Source: a plasmid. Taken from it: DNA of 64,000 nucleotides. Under the pieces are notes generated by a model. It worked only from the letters and a program-made list of their open reading frames with translations. It was not told where the DNA came from and did not search any database. Positions 8,818-22,087 of this stretch are shown piece after piece (the stretch's first letter is position 1; each line of letters begins with the position of its first letter). Location of the stretch: the sequence record NZ_CP118944.1. One strand, written 5' to 3'. Position numbers and translations under genes: made by a program.

Positions 8818-10597
8818 TAGAGGTACGCTACGCCCATGTCAAGAAGATAGTGTGAATTGGGATAGCACACAGAACCTGATGATTGAAGGTGATAATTTAG
8901 AGGTGCTAAAGCTGTTGCAAAAGAGCTACAGCGGAAAAGTGAAGCTCATCTATATTGACCCACCGTACAACACAGGTAAAGATTTTGTTTATCCTGATAA
9001 TTTTCAGGATAATGTTCAGAACTATTTGGAATTGACAGGGCAAACTGATGGCAATGTTAAGTTAAGTACAAATACTGAAACCAGTGGGCGTTATCATACT
9101 GACTGGTTGAACATGATGTACCCGCGTTTAAAGTTGGCGCGTAATTTACTTTGTGATGATGGGGTCGTTTTTATTTCAATTGATGATTCTGAAATAGAAA
9201 ACCTTAAAGTAATATGCAATGATATATTCGGTGAAGATAATTTCATTTCAACAATATCACGGGTTATGAAAACTGGTGGGGCCAAGGGGAATTTCTTTAC
9301 TCCTAATGTTGAGTTTATTTTGGTTTATGCAAAAAAAATAATAAATGCAACTCATTTTAGAGCCCGGATAGGGGGGGAGCAAATAGCCACATATTATAAT
9401 AAGGTACAAGTCGGTGGAGAACGTGACGGCGAAGTCTATGGTGAGGAACGGTTATATAAAGCAAGCTTGGATGCAAGAGCAAATCAGCGCTATTGGGTTA
9501 AATGTCCTGATGGTTCTTTTGTTATTCCTCCGGGATCAACATTTCCTGAAAAAACTCAAGATGGAATACAAGTCACTCCGGAGCGTGGTGATGGTGTTTG
9601 GAAATGGACTTACGCTAGATATAAAGAGGAATTCTCTCAAGGTAATATAGTTTTTAAAGAAACAAGTACCTCTGCTCTTTTGGATGAAAATGGAGTGAAA
9701 TCAAAATACAACATATACAATAAACTTTGGTTGAAAGAACAGCAAGAAAAAGGTATGGTCCCAGGCAATCTAATTAGTAAGTGGGAAAATCGACAGAGTT
9801 CCGCAGAACTAAAGGATTTGGGGATACCGTTTGACTTTGCAAAACCTACCAATCTTATTAAGTATATTATTGAAATTGCCAGGGTTAATGAAAGTGATAT
9901 TGTTATGGATTTTTTCGCTGGTTCTGGCTCTGTAGGTCATGCAGTATACAAATACAATATTGAAAACTGTTCAAATTTACGTTGTATCCTTGTGCAATTG
10001 CCTGAACTTCTCTCTAGGGAGAATAAAGAGCAAAAGCAAGCTTATGATTTTTGTGTTAAGTATAAAAAATCATTTTCTATTGCTGAGCTTACCAAAGAAC
10101 GCCTCCGACGCGCCGGAGCTAAAGTCAGCGCTGACAATCCTGACTGGCAAGGTGATACCGGATTCCGCGTATTTAAGCTCGATACCTCAAATATTCGCCC
10201 ATGGTCGGCAGATGCCGCGTCGTTGGATGCACAGATGCAGGCCAGCTTGTCACCGCTGCTCGAAGATCGCTCACAGGATGATGTCATGACAGAATTGCTG
10301 CTCAAGCGCGGCATTGATTTGAGTGTCCGTCTTGAAGTGCGTGACTTTGATGGTTTACGCGTGACCTGCGCTGGTAATGGGATGTTGTTTACCTGTCTTG
10401 AATCACATATTCCTGCTTCTTCCATTGAAGCTCTGGCATCAGGGTTAACTACCTGGCATCGCGAGCTAGGGGGGAGTGCTGATGCGGTGTGTTATTTCAT
10501 TGATGAAGCATTTGAAAATAATGTTGCCAAGTCCAACCTCTGTGCCACGTTGGTGCAGCAGGGCCTCAACCAATTGCACAGTCTGTAAGGGGGCAAG

Positions 10598-13500
10598 ATG
10601 AAACTCCATTTTGAACCCGATCTTGATTATCAACTGGATGCTATTACTGCCGTGTGCGACCTGTTTGCTGGCATGGAACGTTGGCAAAATGAGATGACCG
10701 TACTGGCTCCAGTGCAAGGGGCATTGGCGCTAGAGGGGGCTACAGGGGCATCCCCGGTTAACCCAGAAATACATGATGAGGCGTGGTTACTGGCCAATAC
10801 CCAACAGGTGCAGTTGCGAAATAAACTGCCCCCGGCGGATGAGCTTGTCAGTCGGGATTTCACCGTTGAGATGGAAACTGGGACGGGGAAAACCTATGTA
10901 TATCTGCGCTCCCTGTTTGAGTTGAATCAGCGGTTCGGGATGAGCAAGTTCATTATCGTGGTGCCCTCTGTCGCCATTAAAGAGGGGGTATATAAAACCC
11001 TGCAAATAACACGGCAGCATTTTCAAAGCCTATATGCTGGCATTCCTTACGACTATTATCTTTACGACTCAACAAGGCCTGGAGATGTACGCAATTTTGC
11101 CACCAGTTCTGTGATGCAAATTATGGTAATGACGGTAGGGGCAATAAACAAAAAAGATGTTAACAAGCTCTACCAGTCGAGTGAAAAAACGACTGTTGAT
11201 GAGTTGGATAAACCAATTGACCTGATCCGTGCCACTCGTCCAGTAGTGATTGTCGATGAGCCGCAAAGTGTTGATGGTGGTCTGAACGGTGCAGGTAAAA
11301 CCGCGCTGGAGTCAATGAATTCACTGATTACTCTGCGTTATTCGGCGACCCATACCGATAAGCACCACATGTTGTATCGCCTGGATGCAGTTGACGCTTA
11401 TGAGCGTAAACTGGTCAAGCAAATTGAAGTTGCGGGAATGCAGGTCGAGAACGCCCATAACTTGGCCTATGTGAAGCTCATTTCTATGGAGAACAAACGC
11501 GGCACCATCAGGGCCACCCTTTTACTTGATGTTGAACGTCCACAAGGTGGCGTTCAACGTGAAGAGGTTATTGTTACCGATGGTAGTCGCCTTGATGACG
11601 ATACTGGTCGTGCAGTTTATGCCGATTATCGGATTGGTGAGATACGGCTGGGTAAGGGCGGATTTGTGACTCTCATTACACCGCAGGGCGAGCAGTTTTT
11701 GCAGCCAGGCGACACGGTTGGCGATGTGGAGCCCCTGACACTGCAACGGCATTTGATCCGACGAACTATTCGCGAGCATTTGGATAAAGAGTTGCGCTTG
11801 AACTCGCAAGGTATCAAGGTACTCTCGTTATTCTTCATCGACCGAGTAGACCTTTATCGCCAAGTAAATGAAGATGGCCGTCGTGAGCCTGGCGCATATG
11901 CTCGTGTATTTGAAGACGAGTACCAAGCATTATTGCGTCAACCGCTGTATGCCGCATTGCGTGAGAGCCACCCTGTACAGGCTAGTGAAGTACATGATGG
12001 TTATTTTTCTATCGATAAAAAAGGGGGATGGGAAGATACTTCTGAAAGTAATGCCAGCGGGCGTGATAACGCGGAGCGTGGTTATAACCTCATAATGAAG
12101 AACAAAGAGCGACTATTGAGCTTTTCAAACCCAGTACGCTTTTTGTTTTCGCATTCCGCCCTTAAAGAAGGGTGGGATAACCCCAATGTGTTCCAGATTT
12201 GCAGCTTGCGTGAGATGGGTAGTGAACGAGAGCGGCGGCAGACCTTGGGAAGGGGCTTACGCCTGTGTGTTAATCAGGATGGTGAGCGGATCCGGGATGA
12301 CAGTATCAATATATTGACAGTGGTTGCTAGCGAGGGATATGAAACCTACGCGGAGCAATTGCAGCAAGAAATTGAACAGGAAACCGGGATCAAATTTGGC
12401 ATTGTTACATCCACTGCATTTGCTCACTTACATATGACGATGGTGAATGGTGCCCATGAAGCGCTTGGGGCCGCAGGCTCTAATGCCCTCTGGGAAACGC
12501 TACAAGCGGATGATTATCTTAGCCGTACGGGTAAGGTAAATGATGCTCTTAAGGTTGCTCTACGTGATGCTCAGCTCACCTTGGCTCCTGAATATGAACC
12601 ACTGCGCTCTGAAATTGAACAGATCTTGAGGAAAAGCGCTGGGCGTTTGCGGATCAGTAATGCCGATGAGCGTGTCGTTATCTCTCCACGACAGGCTGTG
12701 TTGACGTCGGAGGCATTCAAACAGTTGTGGTCTCGCATTTCTCAAAAAACACAGTATCGACTGGACTTTGATGAAGAGATGCTGATCGCAGATTGCACTG
12801 CTTCATTACGTGCAATGCCGCTTATCACTCGTGCTCAAATACAGTTCAGTAAAGGGGCATTGTCTTATACCCGTGCAGGATTGGATATGCGATCAATGCC
12901 AGGAGCAACCAGTAGTCAAGTTGATGATATTGCACCGGTACTTCCAGATATTCTTGGGGTGCTTCAGGATAAAACAGGGCTTACTCGACGAAGCCTATAT
13001 CAGATATTGACTGACAGTGGCCGGTTGCGCGATTTTGTAAAAAACCCGCAACAATTTTTGACGGAGGCGATTGGTCGCCTCAATGGTTGTAAGCAACGAG
13101 CCGTTGTTGATGGGATCAAATACTACCGATTGCCGGGGGCGGTGTACGCACAGACACTCTTCACCGATAAAGAACTGACTGGGTATACCAAAAACTTATT
13201 CAATGCCGCAGCAGGAAAATCAGTGTACGAGCAAGTACCACTGGATTCACAAGGAATTGAGCGAGAGTTTGTTCAACATCTTGAGCAGCAAGATGAAGTG
13301 AAGCTTTACGCAAAGTTGCCTGGCTGGTTCAAAATCCCGACCCCGTTGGGGAGTTACAATCCTGACTGGGCGCTGGTTATTGAGCGGGATGGGGTTGAGC
13401 AGGTGTATTTTGTGGTAGAAACCAAAGGCACCCGTAACTTGGATGAGTTGCGTTTAACCGAGAAGGCTAAGATTACCTGCGGTGAGGCTCATTTTGCAGC

Positions 13501-13603
13501 TCTCAAAGCTGGGTATTCAGATCCTGCGCATTACTTGGAAGCAATGAGTGTAGCGCAGGTGATGGCTAGCGTAGATGATCTGATGACGGGGGGGGCTGGT
13601 TAG
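10598..13603 (+). CDS. res: Type III restriction endonuclease Res subunit (SF2 helicase + endonuclease)
   Basis: 1001 aa. Walker A TGTGKTYV, DEPQ box (VVIVDEPQSVD), and a helicase C region. Immediately downstream of mod as in Type III systems. Confidence 0.88.
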   Translation: MKLHFEPDLDYQLDAITAVCDLFAGMERWQNEMTVLAPVQGALALEGATGASPVNPEIHDEAWLLANTQQVQLRNKLPPADELVSRDFTVEMETGTGKTYVYLRSLFELNQRFGMSKFIIVVPSVAIKEGVYKTLQITRQHFQSLYAGIPYDYYLYDSTRPGDVRNFATSSVMQIMVMTVGAINKKDVNKLYQSSEKTTVDELDKPIDLIRATRPVVIVDEPQSVDGGLNGAGKTALESMNSLITLRYSATHTDKHHMLYRLDAVDAYERKLVKQIEVAGMQVENAHNLAYVKLISMENKRGTIRATLLLDVERPQGGVQREEVIVTDGSRLDDDTGRAVYADYRIGEIRLGKGGFVTLITPQGEQFLQPGDTVGDVEPLTLQRHLIRRTIREHLDKELRLNSQGIKVLSLFFIDRVDLYRQVNEDGRREPGAYARVFEDEYQALLRQPLYAALRESHPVQASEVHDGYFSIDKKGGWEDTSESNASGRDNAERGYNLIMKNKERLLSFSNPVRFLFSHSALKEGWDNPNVFQICSLREMGSERERRQTLGRGLRLCVNQDGERIRDDSINILTVVASEGYETYAEQLQQEIEQETGIKFGIVTSTAFAHLHMTMVNGAHEALGAAGSNALWETLQADDYLSRTGKVNDALKVALRDAQLTLAPEYEPLRSEIEQILRKSAGRLRISNADERVVISPRQAVLTSEAFKQLWSRISQKTQYRLDFDEEMLIADCTASLRAMPLITRAQIQFSKGALSYTRAGLDMRSMPGATSSQVDDIAPVLPDILGVLQDKTGLTRRSLYQILTDSGRLRDFVKNPQQFLTEAIGRLNGCKQRAVVDGIKYYRLPGAVYAQTLFTDKELTGYTKNLFNAAAGKSVYEQVPLDSQGIEREFVQHLEQQDEVKLYAKLPGWFKIPTPLGSYNPDWALVIERDGVEQVYFVVETKGTRNLDELRLTEKAKITCGEAHFAALKAGYSDPAHYLEAMSVAQVMASVDDLMTGGAG

Positions 13604-13616
13604 CCACCGCCTTTAT

Positions 13617-13650
13617 TGATGCGCTTCTGTTGAGAAGCGCATTGTATTTG
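13617..13650 (+). terminator. Rho-independent terminator candidate after res
   Basis: Perfect hairpin GCGCTTCTG-TTG-AGAAGCGC at 13621-13640 followed by a T-containing tail. Confidence 0.45.
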
Positions 13651-13967
13651 GATCCTTGCCAAGGGGGTTCTATGAAATTAGGGGAGGCTAGTAGTAGCAA
13701 ACCCTCGCTGGTAACGATCGAGGGCAAGGATTCCCTGGCTGCAGCGCAATAATCCTCGCAAGTAAGAGAAACTGTGGGAATCATCTATGGGACGGGTGTC
13801 ATTCAGATGTGCCGCTTGGCTGTGTGCGCCTGCCCAATCAGTCAACTGAATAGTAGTCGCCAAGCGGCGGCGCTACCCTACCCAAGCTGGTGATGGGATG
13901 CAAACCTAACAATCATCAATATCTCTTTTTGATTGTTCATTTTTTTATTTTGATTCTCTGTGGGCGG

Positions 13968-14297
13968 TCAGGTGATACTTTGATGGTGCTCTTCCTGGAC
14001 CCGTAGCCACTTTTGCTGTTCAGCGTTATTACCTTGCTGTTCCCAAAATCCACATATCATCCCTGCCAGCTCGGCAGCCAAGGCATGGTCACCATCGCGG
14101 CGGCTTACCAAATAATGGGATAGCCAGTTTTGATACTGTTTCAGGCTCATTTCTACGCTCTCAAATAGGTGGCGGATGCCAGGCAGGTATCCATTTCCCC
14201 AGGGTACACTGCTCTTCCCCCGCCATCCGCCATAAAAAGTTGGGTGCTTGCAGGCATGGCCTAAGCACCCACCACTATGATACAGCTTCTGCCCCAA
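13968..14297 (-). CDS. Hypothetical protein (109 aa), outside the Tn3-family IR
   Basis: ORF only; no motifs recognised. Confidence 0.25.
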   Translation of the reverse strand: MGQKLYHSGGCLGHACKHPTFYGGWRGKSSVPWGNGYLPGIRHLFESVEMSLKQYQNWLSHYLVSRRDGDHALAAELAGMICGFWEQQGNNAEQQKWLRVQEEHHQSIT

Positions 14298-14360
14298 CGT
14301 CCCAATACTGCCGCGACACCGAACAAGCTCACATCAATGCGTTGTTGCAGGAAGCTATTG

Positions 14361-14398
14361 GGGGTTGAAGTCCAATGGAACGAAAACGTACTAAGGTA
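14361..14398. repeat. 38-bp Tn3-family terminal inverted repeat (GGGGTTGAAGTCCAATGGAACGAAAACGTACTAAGGTA), outer end at 14361
   Basis: Close match to the Tn3 IR GGGGTCTGACGCTCAGTGGAACGAAAACTCACGTTAAG as remembered. Inside faces gajB/gajA/tnpR. Confidence 0.7.
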
Positions 14399-16325
14399 AG
14401 TAAGTAATTCCATTGTATACTTTCAAAGCACTTACTCTATTTCACTAATGAAACGGGATTTCTGCTGAAACCTAAGATCACCCCAAGGCATCATTCTCTG
14501 CTTAGGATAAGACACGTACAACCAACGCTTCGCTCTCGTCACCGCGACAAAAGCGTTATTCCGTTCCTCGTCAAGCTCTTTGACCGTCCTAGCCCTGTAA
14601 TCAGGAAAAACCCCTTCGCACATCCCTATCAAAAATACAATATCCTTTTCTAAACCTTTCATCGTATGCACAGTACTTAGGGTTAGGCCTTCATCTATAC
14701 TACTTTCAGAAAGTTGGCCTAATGCCAATGCATTTCTAAATGCAACCAATGAATCACCTAAGCCTTTACGCTTGAATCGGGTCCACGTACTACTAAACTC
14801 TTTAAGCTCTTCAATACTCAGTTTAACGTCTTCTATTTTATCATCCGAAACACCGTTATGGTTTTCAACCAACGATGTAAGAAGTTCATTAAAATCCTTT
14901 ACTAGTTTGGGGATTTTAGGGTTTTCAATATCTAAGTTGTCAATAGCAACAAGAAGTTTTTCGAATATCGTAGAGTACTCATCTAATGCTGATGAAATTT
15001 GAGATGCCATTTCCCGCAATACATTCGTTGTCCAGTTGGCTGGCTCAGAGATACTCAGTACTTGGCATAACTTTTTCCCATCTACCCAATCTTTAGAATT
15101 CAACTTCACCCTAATGGCATAGTCTAAGACCTTTCCGAATCTAGTTGACGGCTCAAGCTGCCTTTCTCCTTTTCTCAAAGAGTAAGGTATCGAATTATCT
15201 TCAAGGCATTTTTCAAGCTTGCCAAAAACAAATCGATTGCGGCCAATCACTACCATATTACCTAATGATATTTTTCCTTCAATATCATCGTGAATTTTTA
15301 ATGCCAAAAGATTCTTTATCGTGGCAACAACCGCAGTAGCTTCATCCTCTTCAGAATTATATTCTGAAATGCTAACTCCACCCTCTAAGGCATAATCAAT
15401 CTCTGCTTGTGAGCCTGGCCGCAACTTGTTTGCCGCACGAATAACCGACTTAGTACTGCGATAGTTTTCCTTCAGCTCAAACTTTTGAGGCATAAAATCG
15501 TTAATGAAACTTGAGCAGAAGTAGTCTTTTGATGACCCATTAAACCCATAAATCATTTGATTAGGGTCTCCTACCATCAGAATGCTTTTTATCACATCAC
15601 CGCAAAGCACCTTGATAAACTCATACTGTGCTTTATTAAGATCTTGGGCTTCATCAACACAAACATGTTTATACTGTGAGCGGTATATTTTTGCGATCCA
15701 GTCGTACGTGAGCAGTATTCGATGGGCGTACACTAAAATATCGTCATAATCGATACCCCCACTATTTAGTAGTGCAGCTTGATAGTCCTGATATATTTTC
15801 CAAATATTATTATTTTGATATAGCTCAATGACTTCCAACTCTGTAAGCAGCTCCCTTTTTATTTTCGAAAATATATCCATATAGGATTGAAGATTTCTTT
15901 CCCTGTTTTTTAGTTCCTTTGAATCGGTAATTGCTAGATATTCATCTATATTAGTGCCATCTTCACGTAAAGATTGTATAAAGACTTCCATTCGGTCTTT
16001 ATCTCTATCATATATATGCAACTCCGATGGCAAACCAACGGTATGGCCATATTTCTCCAAAACACGCTGTGCGACCGAATGAATTGTGGCGATCCAAGTT
16101 CTGTTTTCTACTTGTTCGAAGTCGATTAAACGCTCACTCATTTCTTCTGCAGCTTTATTCGTGAAGGTGAGTGCGATAACACCGTCTTTTTTTGTTTTCT
16201 CCAAAATATATCGAACACGCTCTGTTAACACTCGCGTTTTACCAGAACCTGCTGATGCAAGTACTTGAATGGCTGTATCCATAGGAGCCTCAACGATCTG
16301 GCGCTGAGCATTTGATAGATTCATA

Positions 16326-18873
<2,548 letters not shown>

Positions 18874-19416
18874 ATGCCCGTCGATTTTCTAACCTCGGAA
18901 CAGAAAGCCTGCGATAGACAATTCTCTGCCGAACCGAATGAAGTGCAATTGGCCCGTTACTTTCATCTGGATGAAGCCGACCAGGCTTTTATCAATCATC
19001 GGCACGGCAATCAGAACTGTTTTGGTGTTGCTTTGCAGTTAGGCTGCGTGCGATTTCTAGGGACCGTCATATCCAACCTGCAACATGTTCCGGTCATACA
19101 GTGCAGGCTTCCGAGCTGATCCGCTCGCTACTGAAAAGTGACCGGCCTTCCAGCCTGGCACAAGCCATCATTGAAGTGGACCGTATCAATAAGACACTTT
19201 ACTTGCTGAACTACGTAGATATATATAGGGCGTTACTACGACAAGCAAAGACGCTGGTCGGACTACGGCCCCGATAACGGGTTGCGGTTCGGGATACTGT
19301 AGCTGAGCGACAAGTCATCTACACTGAGCCCTGCGGTTTGTCCCCAGAACCGTCCGAGAACTGATTGAGGACGATGATTGCCAACGCCGTGCGGGGCTTT
19401 TTCCTTGGTTATCGGC
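18874..19416 (+). pseudogene. tnpA: Tn3-family transposase tnpA remnant (N-terminal ~80 codons fused to out-of-frame C-terminal fragments)
   Basis: MPVDFLTSEQKACDRQFSAEPNEVQLARYFHLDEADQAFINHRHGNQNCFGVALQLGCVRFLG is the canonical TnpA N-terminus. Downstream frames read …LLKSDRPSSLAQAIIEVDRINKTLYLLNYVD… and …QLNRGEGRH-like C-terminal TnpA segments, with stops and frameshifts. Confidence 0.7.
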
Positions 19417-19917
19417 CTACGGCCAGAAGGGGGATGTAAACCAAGCTGTGATAGCAGTCTTCTGCTCGTGATCCAGAACCCCCGCAGCGTCGATCATGTC
19501 GAACTGGTAATCGTTGCTTCCCAGCCAAACACCCGCTGCGAACCGGCACATAATCGCCTGTCCGTGAGATGCTGTGGCGAGATAACTATCGACCATGGGT
19601 AGGCTCAACTCGTGCTTTTCAAAGTCCCAAAGGAGTGAGAGATATGGGGCATTCTTCATCAGCCAGCTTTCAAAGCGATCTTGAGCTGGGGCACGAGACA
19701 GGATGTTTCTCTCTTCCATCTCCCGCCGAATGGCTAAGGCGGCCTCTTTGGCGGCTGGGCAGTCAGACAAAACAGTCTGAACCCAGTCCCAGTTCTTTCC
19801 TTGGGCGCACTCCAGATCTTCCAACGCGAGGCAGGCAGCAGCACAGGCAATGTCACTTCCGCCAAACCCATCCATAACAAGGCGGATCTCTTCTTTCAGA
19901 GCTTCCATATCCATCAT
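19417..19917 (-). CDS. Hypothetical protein (166 aa), downstream partner of a small HTH protein
   Basis: ORF; no family recognised. Tightly linked (15-bp gap) to the upstream 121-aa HTH gene. Confidence 0.45.
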   Translation of the reverse strand: MMDMEALKEEIRLVMDGFGGSDIACAAACLALEDLECAQGKNWDWVQTVLSDCPAAKEAALAIRREMEERNILSRAPAQDRFESWLMKNAPYLSLLWDFEKHELSLPMVDSYLATASHGQAIMCRFAAGVWLGSNDYQFDMIDAAGVLDHEQKTAITAWFTSPFWP

Positions 19918-19932
19918 TTTTCCTTAACTAAC

Positions 19933-20298
19933 TCAGTCTGCCTTCATGCGCTCTTGCACGATAGCCAGTTCATAACCGCTAATTTTCCCTGCCCCTCTAC
20001 GGTTGTCTGGGCGGGGGGGAGTTATCTCCTGACCCCGCAATACACCGCGCAGAAGCCATTCATTCAGCTCACCTACGTGGATGCCCAACACCTGGGCGGC
20101 CAGCTCTCGACTGTAACTCTGCTTGAGCAGGGCGCTATCCCTCAACTCGTCGTATGTACCGGCCTGCATCGCCAGCAGGACACGGCGGGCAAGTAACTCG
20201 GCAGCATCGCCGAAGCGCTGTTCGGTGAAGGTTACGCGCTGGCCCATGTGGGTGGCTACCCAATGCCCTTTTGCATTTCGGGCTAACCCGTTCATCAT
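19933..20298 (-). CDS. Small HTH DNA-binding protein (121 aa)
   Basis: The C-terminal half contains an HTH-like segment SRELAAQVLGIHVGELNEWLLRG (AlpA/MerR-like flavour). Confidence 0.45.
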   Translation of the reverse strand: MMNGLARNAKGHWVATHMGQRVTFTEQRFGDAAELLARRVLLAMQAGTYDELRDSALLKQSYSRELAAQVLGIHVGELNEWLLRGVLRGQEITPPRPDNRRGAGKISGYELAIVQERMKAD

Positions 20299-20343
20299 TT
20301 TTCCTCGATCAGTTGGTGAAGTACCGCTAGCACTCGCGCACCA

Positions 20344-21309
20344 CTAAATAAGTTCGTGTTGCTCAATGTGATCTAGAGCCTGGCGCGCAACAGCCTCGAA
20401 CACGCGAAATGCCTCATCCCAAGTCAACGCATCCCCATACACCATCGGCTTCACGAACGCCTCATAACGATCTTTGTATAGGGGGTCACCAGCAATCACA
20501 TCCAGGCCAAACCGCATCACACCGATAGGATCTGCTGCAAACTCGGGGTGTTGGGGACCATAGCGATCACGATCCATCTTCATCCCTTCAGCTATCAGCC
20601 CTGCCAGTTCGGCCAAATCAAAGGTGGTACTTTGTTGCAGGCGATAAGTGTCATAAATGTGGCGAACCAACGACTCATCATCCAATCGTTCTGGGTCATG
20701 CTTGACGCTGGCTGTTCTGCGCAGCATCGACAACACTTTCTCGGCTTGGGTGGAGATCAGGGGAACCGTGTTGAAGGCTGGCACTTCAGGTCCTTGCTGC
20801 ATCGCTTCATTGTGCAGCGAACAAATGGGCATGGGGTTATGGCCTGCGAGCAGATCAGTCTCAATGAGTTCGAGCTTGATGAAAGGCCGAAGGCAGGGGG
20901 CCTTGCTGAAGGCCTGTGGGTATCTCACCGGCATTTCAATGTACCTGTGCTCATCCCGACAAGTGACCTCAGCCTTCTCTACTTGGAAAACGCCAGTCGC
21001 ATTGAGCTCTTCAATCAAACCATCTCTGATGGCTTTGCGATGGCGCTTCATCGCGCTTCGAGATTCATCTTTAGCACTATCGTTAACAGATAACTTGATG
21101 TCGACATCTTCAGACATGCGCTGAAGCTTGACGTCAGCTTTGGCTAATGCGGTCCCGCCTGCAAACACCATGGTGTGGTGCTGGCAAGAATGACTTGCAA
21201 GCAGTTTGAGCAGCTGGACGACGTAGTAGTCCTTTTCTGCTATCGCAGGGTTATCGATCCCGAAATAGTCAGAAACGTCGGCGAAAATCGAAGCGTCTTT
21301 AGGCTGCAT
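20344..21309 (-). CDS. abiEii: Nucleotidyltransferase, AbiEii/AbiGii toxin family (DUF1814-like)
   Basis: 321 aa. A Pol-beta NTase motif FAGGTALAKADVKLQRMSEDVDIKL (hG[GS]…DhD) lies near the N-terminus. Confidence 0.75.
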   Translation of the reverse strand: MQPKDASIFADVSDYFGIDNPAIAEKDYYVVQLLKLLASHSCQHHTMVFAGGTALAKADVKLQRMSEDVDIKLSVNDSAKDESRSAMKRHRKAIRDGLIEELNATGVFQVEKAEVTCRDEHRYIEMPVRYPQAFSKAPCLRPFIKLELIETDLLAGHNPMPICSLHNEAMQQGPEVPAFNTVPLISTQAEKVLSMLRRTASVKHDPERLDDESLVRHIYDTYRLQQSTTFDLAELAGLIAEGMKMDRDRYGPQHPEFAADPIGVMRFGLDVIAGDPLYKDRYEAFVKPMVYGDALTWDEAFRVFEAVARQALDHIEQHELI

Positions 21310-21700
21310 TGAACACTCGGCTTCCTATTTTCAGCTTTCTGGAAAAACGCTTTTTAGGCTTAACTTCCATAAAGGCGGGAATCTGAGTGGATTTCCCCGC
21401 GGCATAAGCTGCGGTCAGGCCCTTCAGTTCGTAAGGCACCTTCAGGCGGTCAAGCGTAGCAATGAGTACGGCGTCTGGACCACCAGGGGAGGCGATCATC
21501 AAGCGACTATTGATCCGGTTACGCCGTGCCTTTGCATACACGCCGTAGCCGACCTTCAGAAGCAGACCCTTTTCACACATTTGGCGTAAGGCTCTGCCTA
21601 TTTGGTCATAACCGCCCAAGTCATCGAAATCCTCACGGAGAAACACATCTCGCTTAGATCGTTTGATTCGTGCTTCAACACGGTCTGCAATGGTCATCAT
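21299..21700 (-). CDS. abiEi: AbiEi-like antitoxin / transcriptional regulator (short form), overlapping toxin start by 11 nt
   Basis: 133 aa with a winged-helix-like N-terminus. Gene pairing and overlap with the NTase gene are typical of type IV AbiE modules. The short length makes family assignment tentative. Confidence 0.5.
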   Translation of the reverse strand: MMTIADRVEARIKRSKRDVFLREDFDDLGGYDQIGRALRQMCEKGLLLKVGYGVYAKARRNRINSRLMIASPGGPDAVLIATLDRLKVPYELKGLTAAYAAGKSTQIPAFMEVKPKKRFSRKLKIGSRVFNAA

Positions 21701-21734
21701 GAGTCCTCCTTTCTACATCTACCCCAATTATACA

Positions 21735-21798
21735 AAAATACGACACTTTTGCATGCAAAAACACGACGTCATTACCACGGCGGCATGTCGTATTTTTG
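21735..21798. promoter_or_regulatory. Operator candidate: 12-bp inverted repeat AAAAATACGACA … TGTCGTATTTTT (plus a third half-site AAAAACACGACG) upstream of abiEi
   Basis: Seen in sequence at 21735-21746, 21756-21767 and 21787-21798, 35-100 bp upstream of the abiEi start. Confidence 0.45.
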
Positions 21799-22087
21799 TC
21801 TCATCTCCCTCTTTTATCCACTGGGTCAAATACTAGCCCTAGCACAACGTCTATATCCCAGACTCCGTGCATTAAAGCCCACATCGCTCATGTCGGCGCT
21901 CGTCAACGTGTGGGCAGTTTTGGCACTGATGCCGGGGCTGTGCTGATGGAGAGAATAAAGCGCGGGGCGAAAGCCCCACTGAACACTCACGGAAAACTTA
22001 GATGGTGTAGGGGAGGGAGAGTTATCCACAAATTCGGTGCAAAAGTGACCCCATTAGCTGTGCATGAATTCGGCACGGGGGAGGCAA

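Larger units (their letters stand above)
7434..10588 (+). pseudogene. mod: Type III R-M modification methyltransferase (Mod) gene split by an IS630-family insertion; N-fragment 7434-7659, C-fragment 8820-10588
   Basis: The N-fragment ends ...ERYGLNWHGKRQARQIALTPSK, which is EcoP15I Mod-like. The C-fragment (in frame after removing IS plus one TA, 1160 bp = 2 mod 3) reads GTLRPCQEDSVNWDSTQNLMIEGDNLEVLKLLQKSYSGKVKLIYIDPPYNTGKDFVYPDNFQDN, with DPPY and other MTase motifs. Confidence 0.8.
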
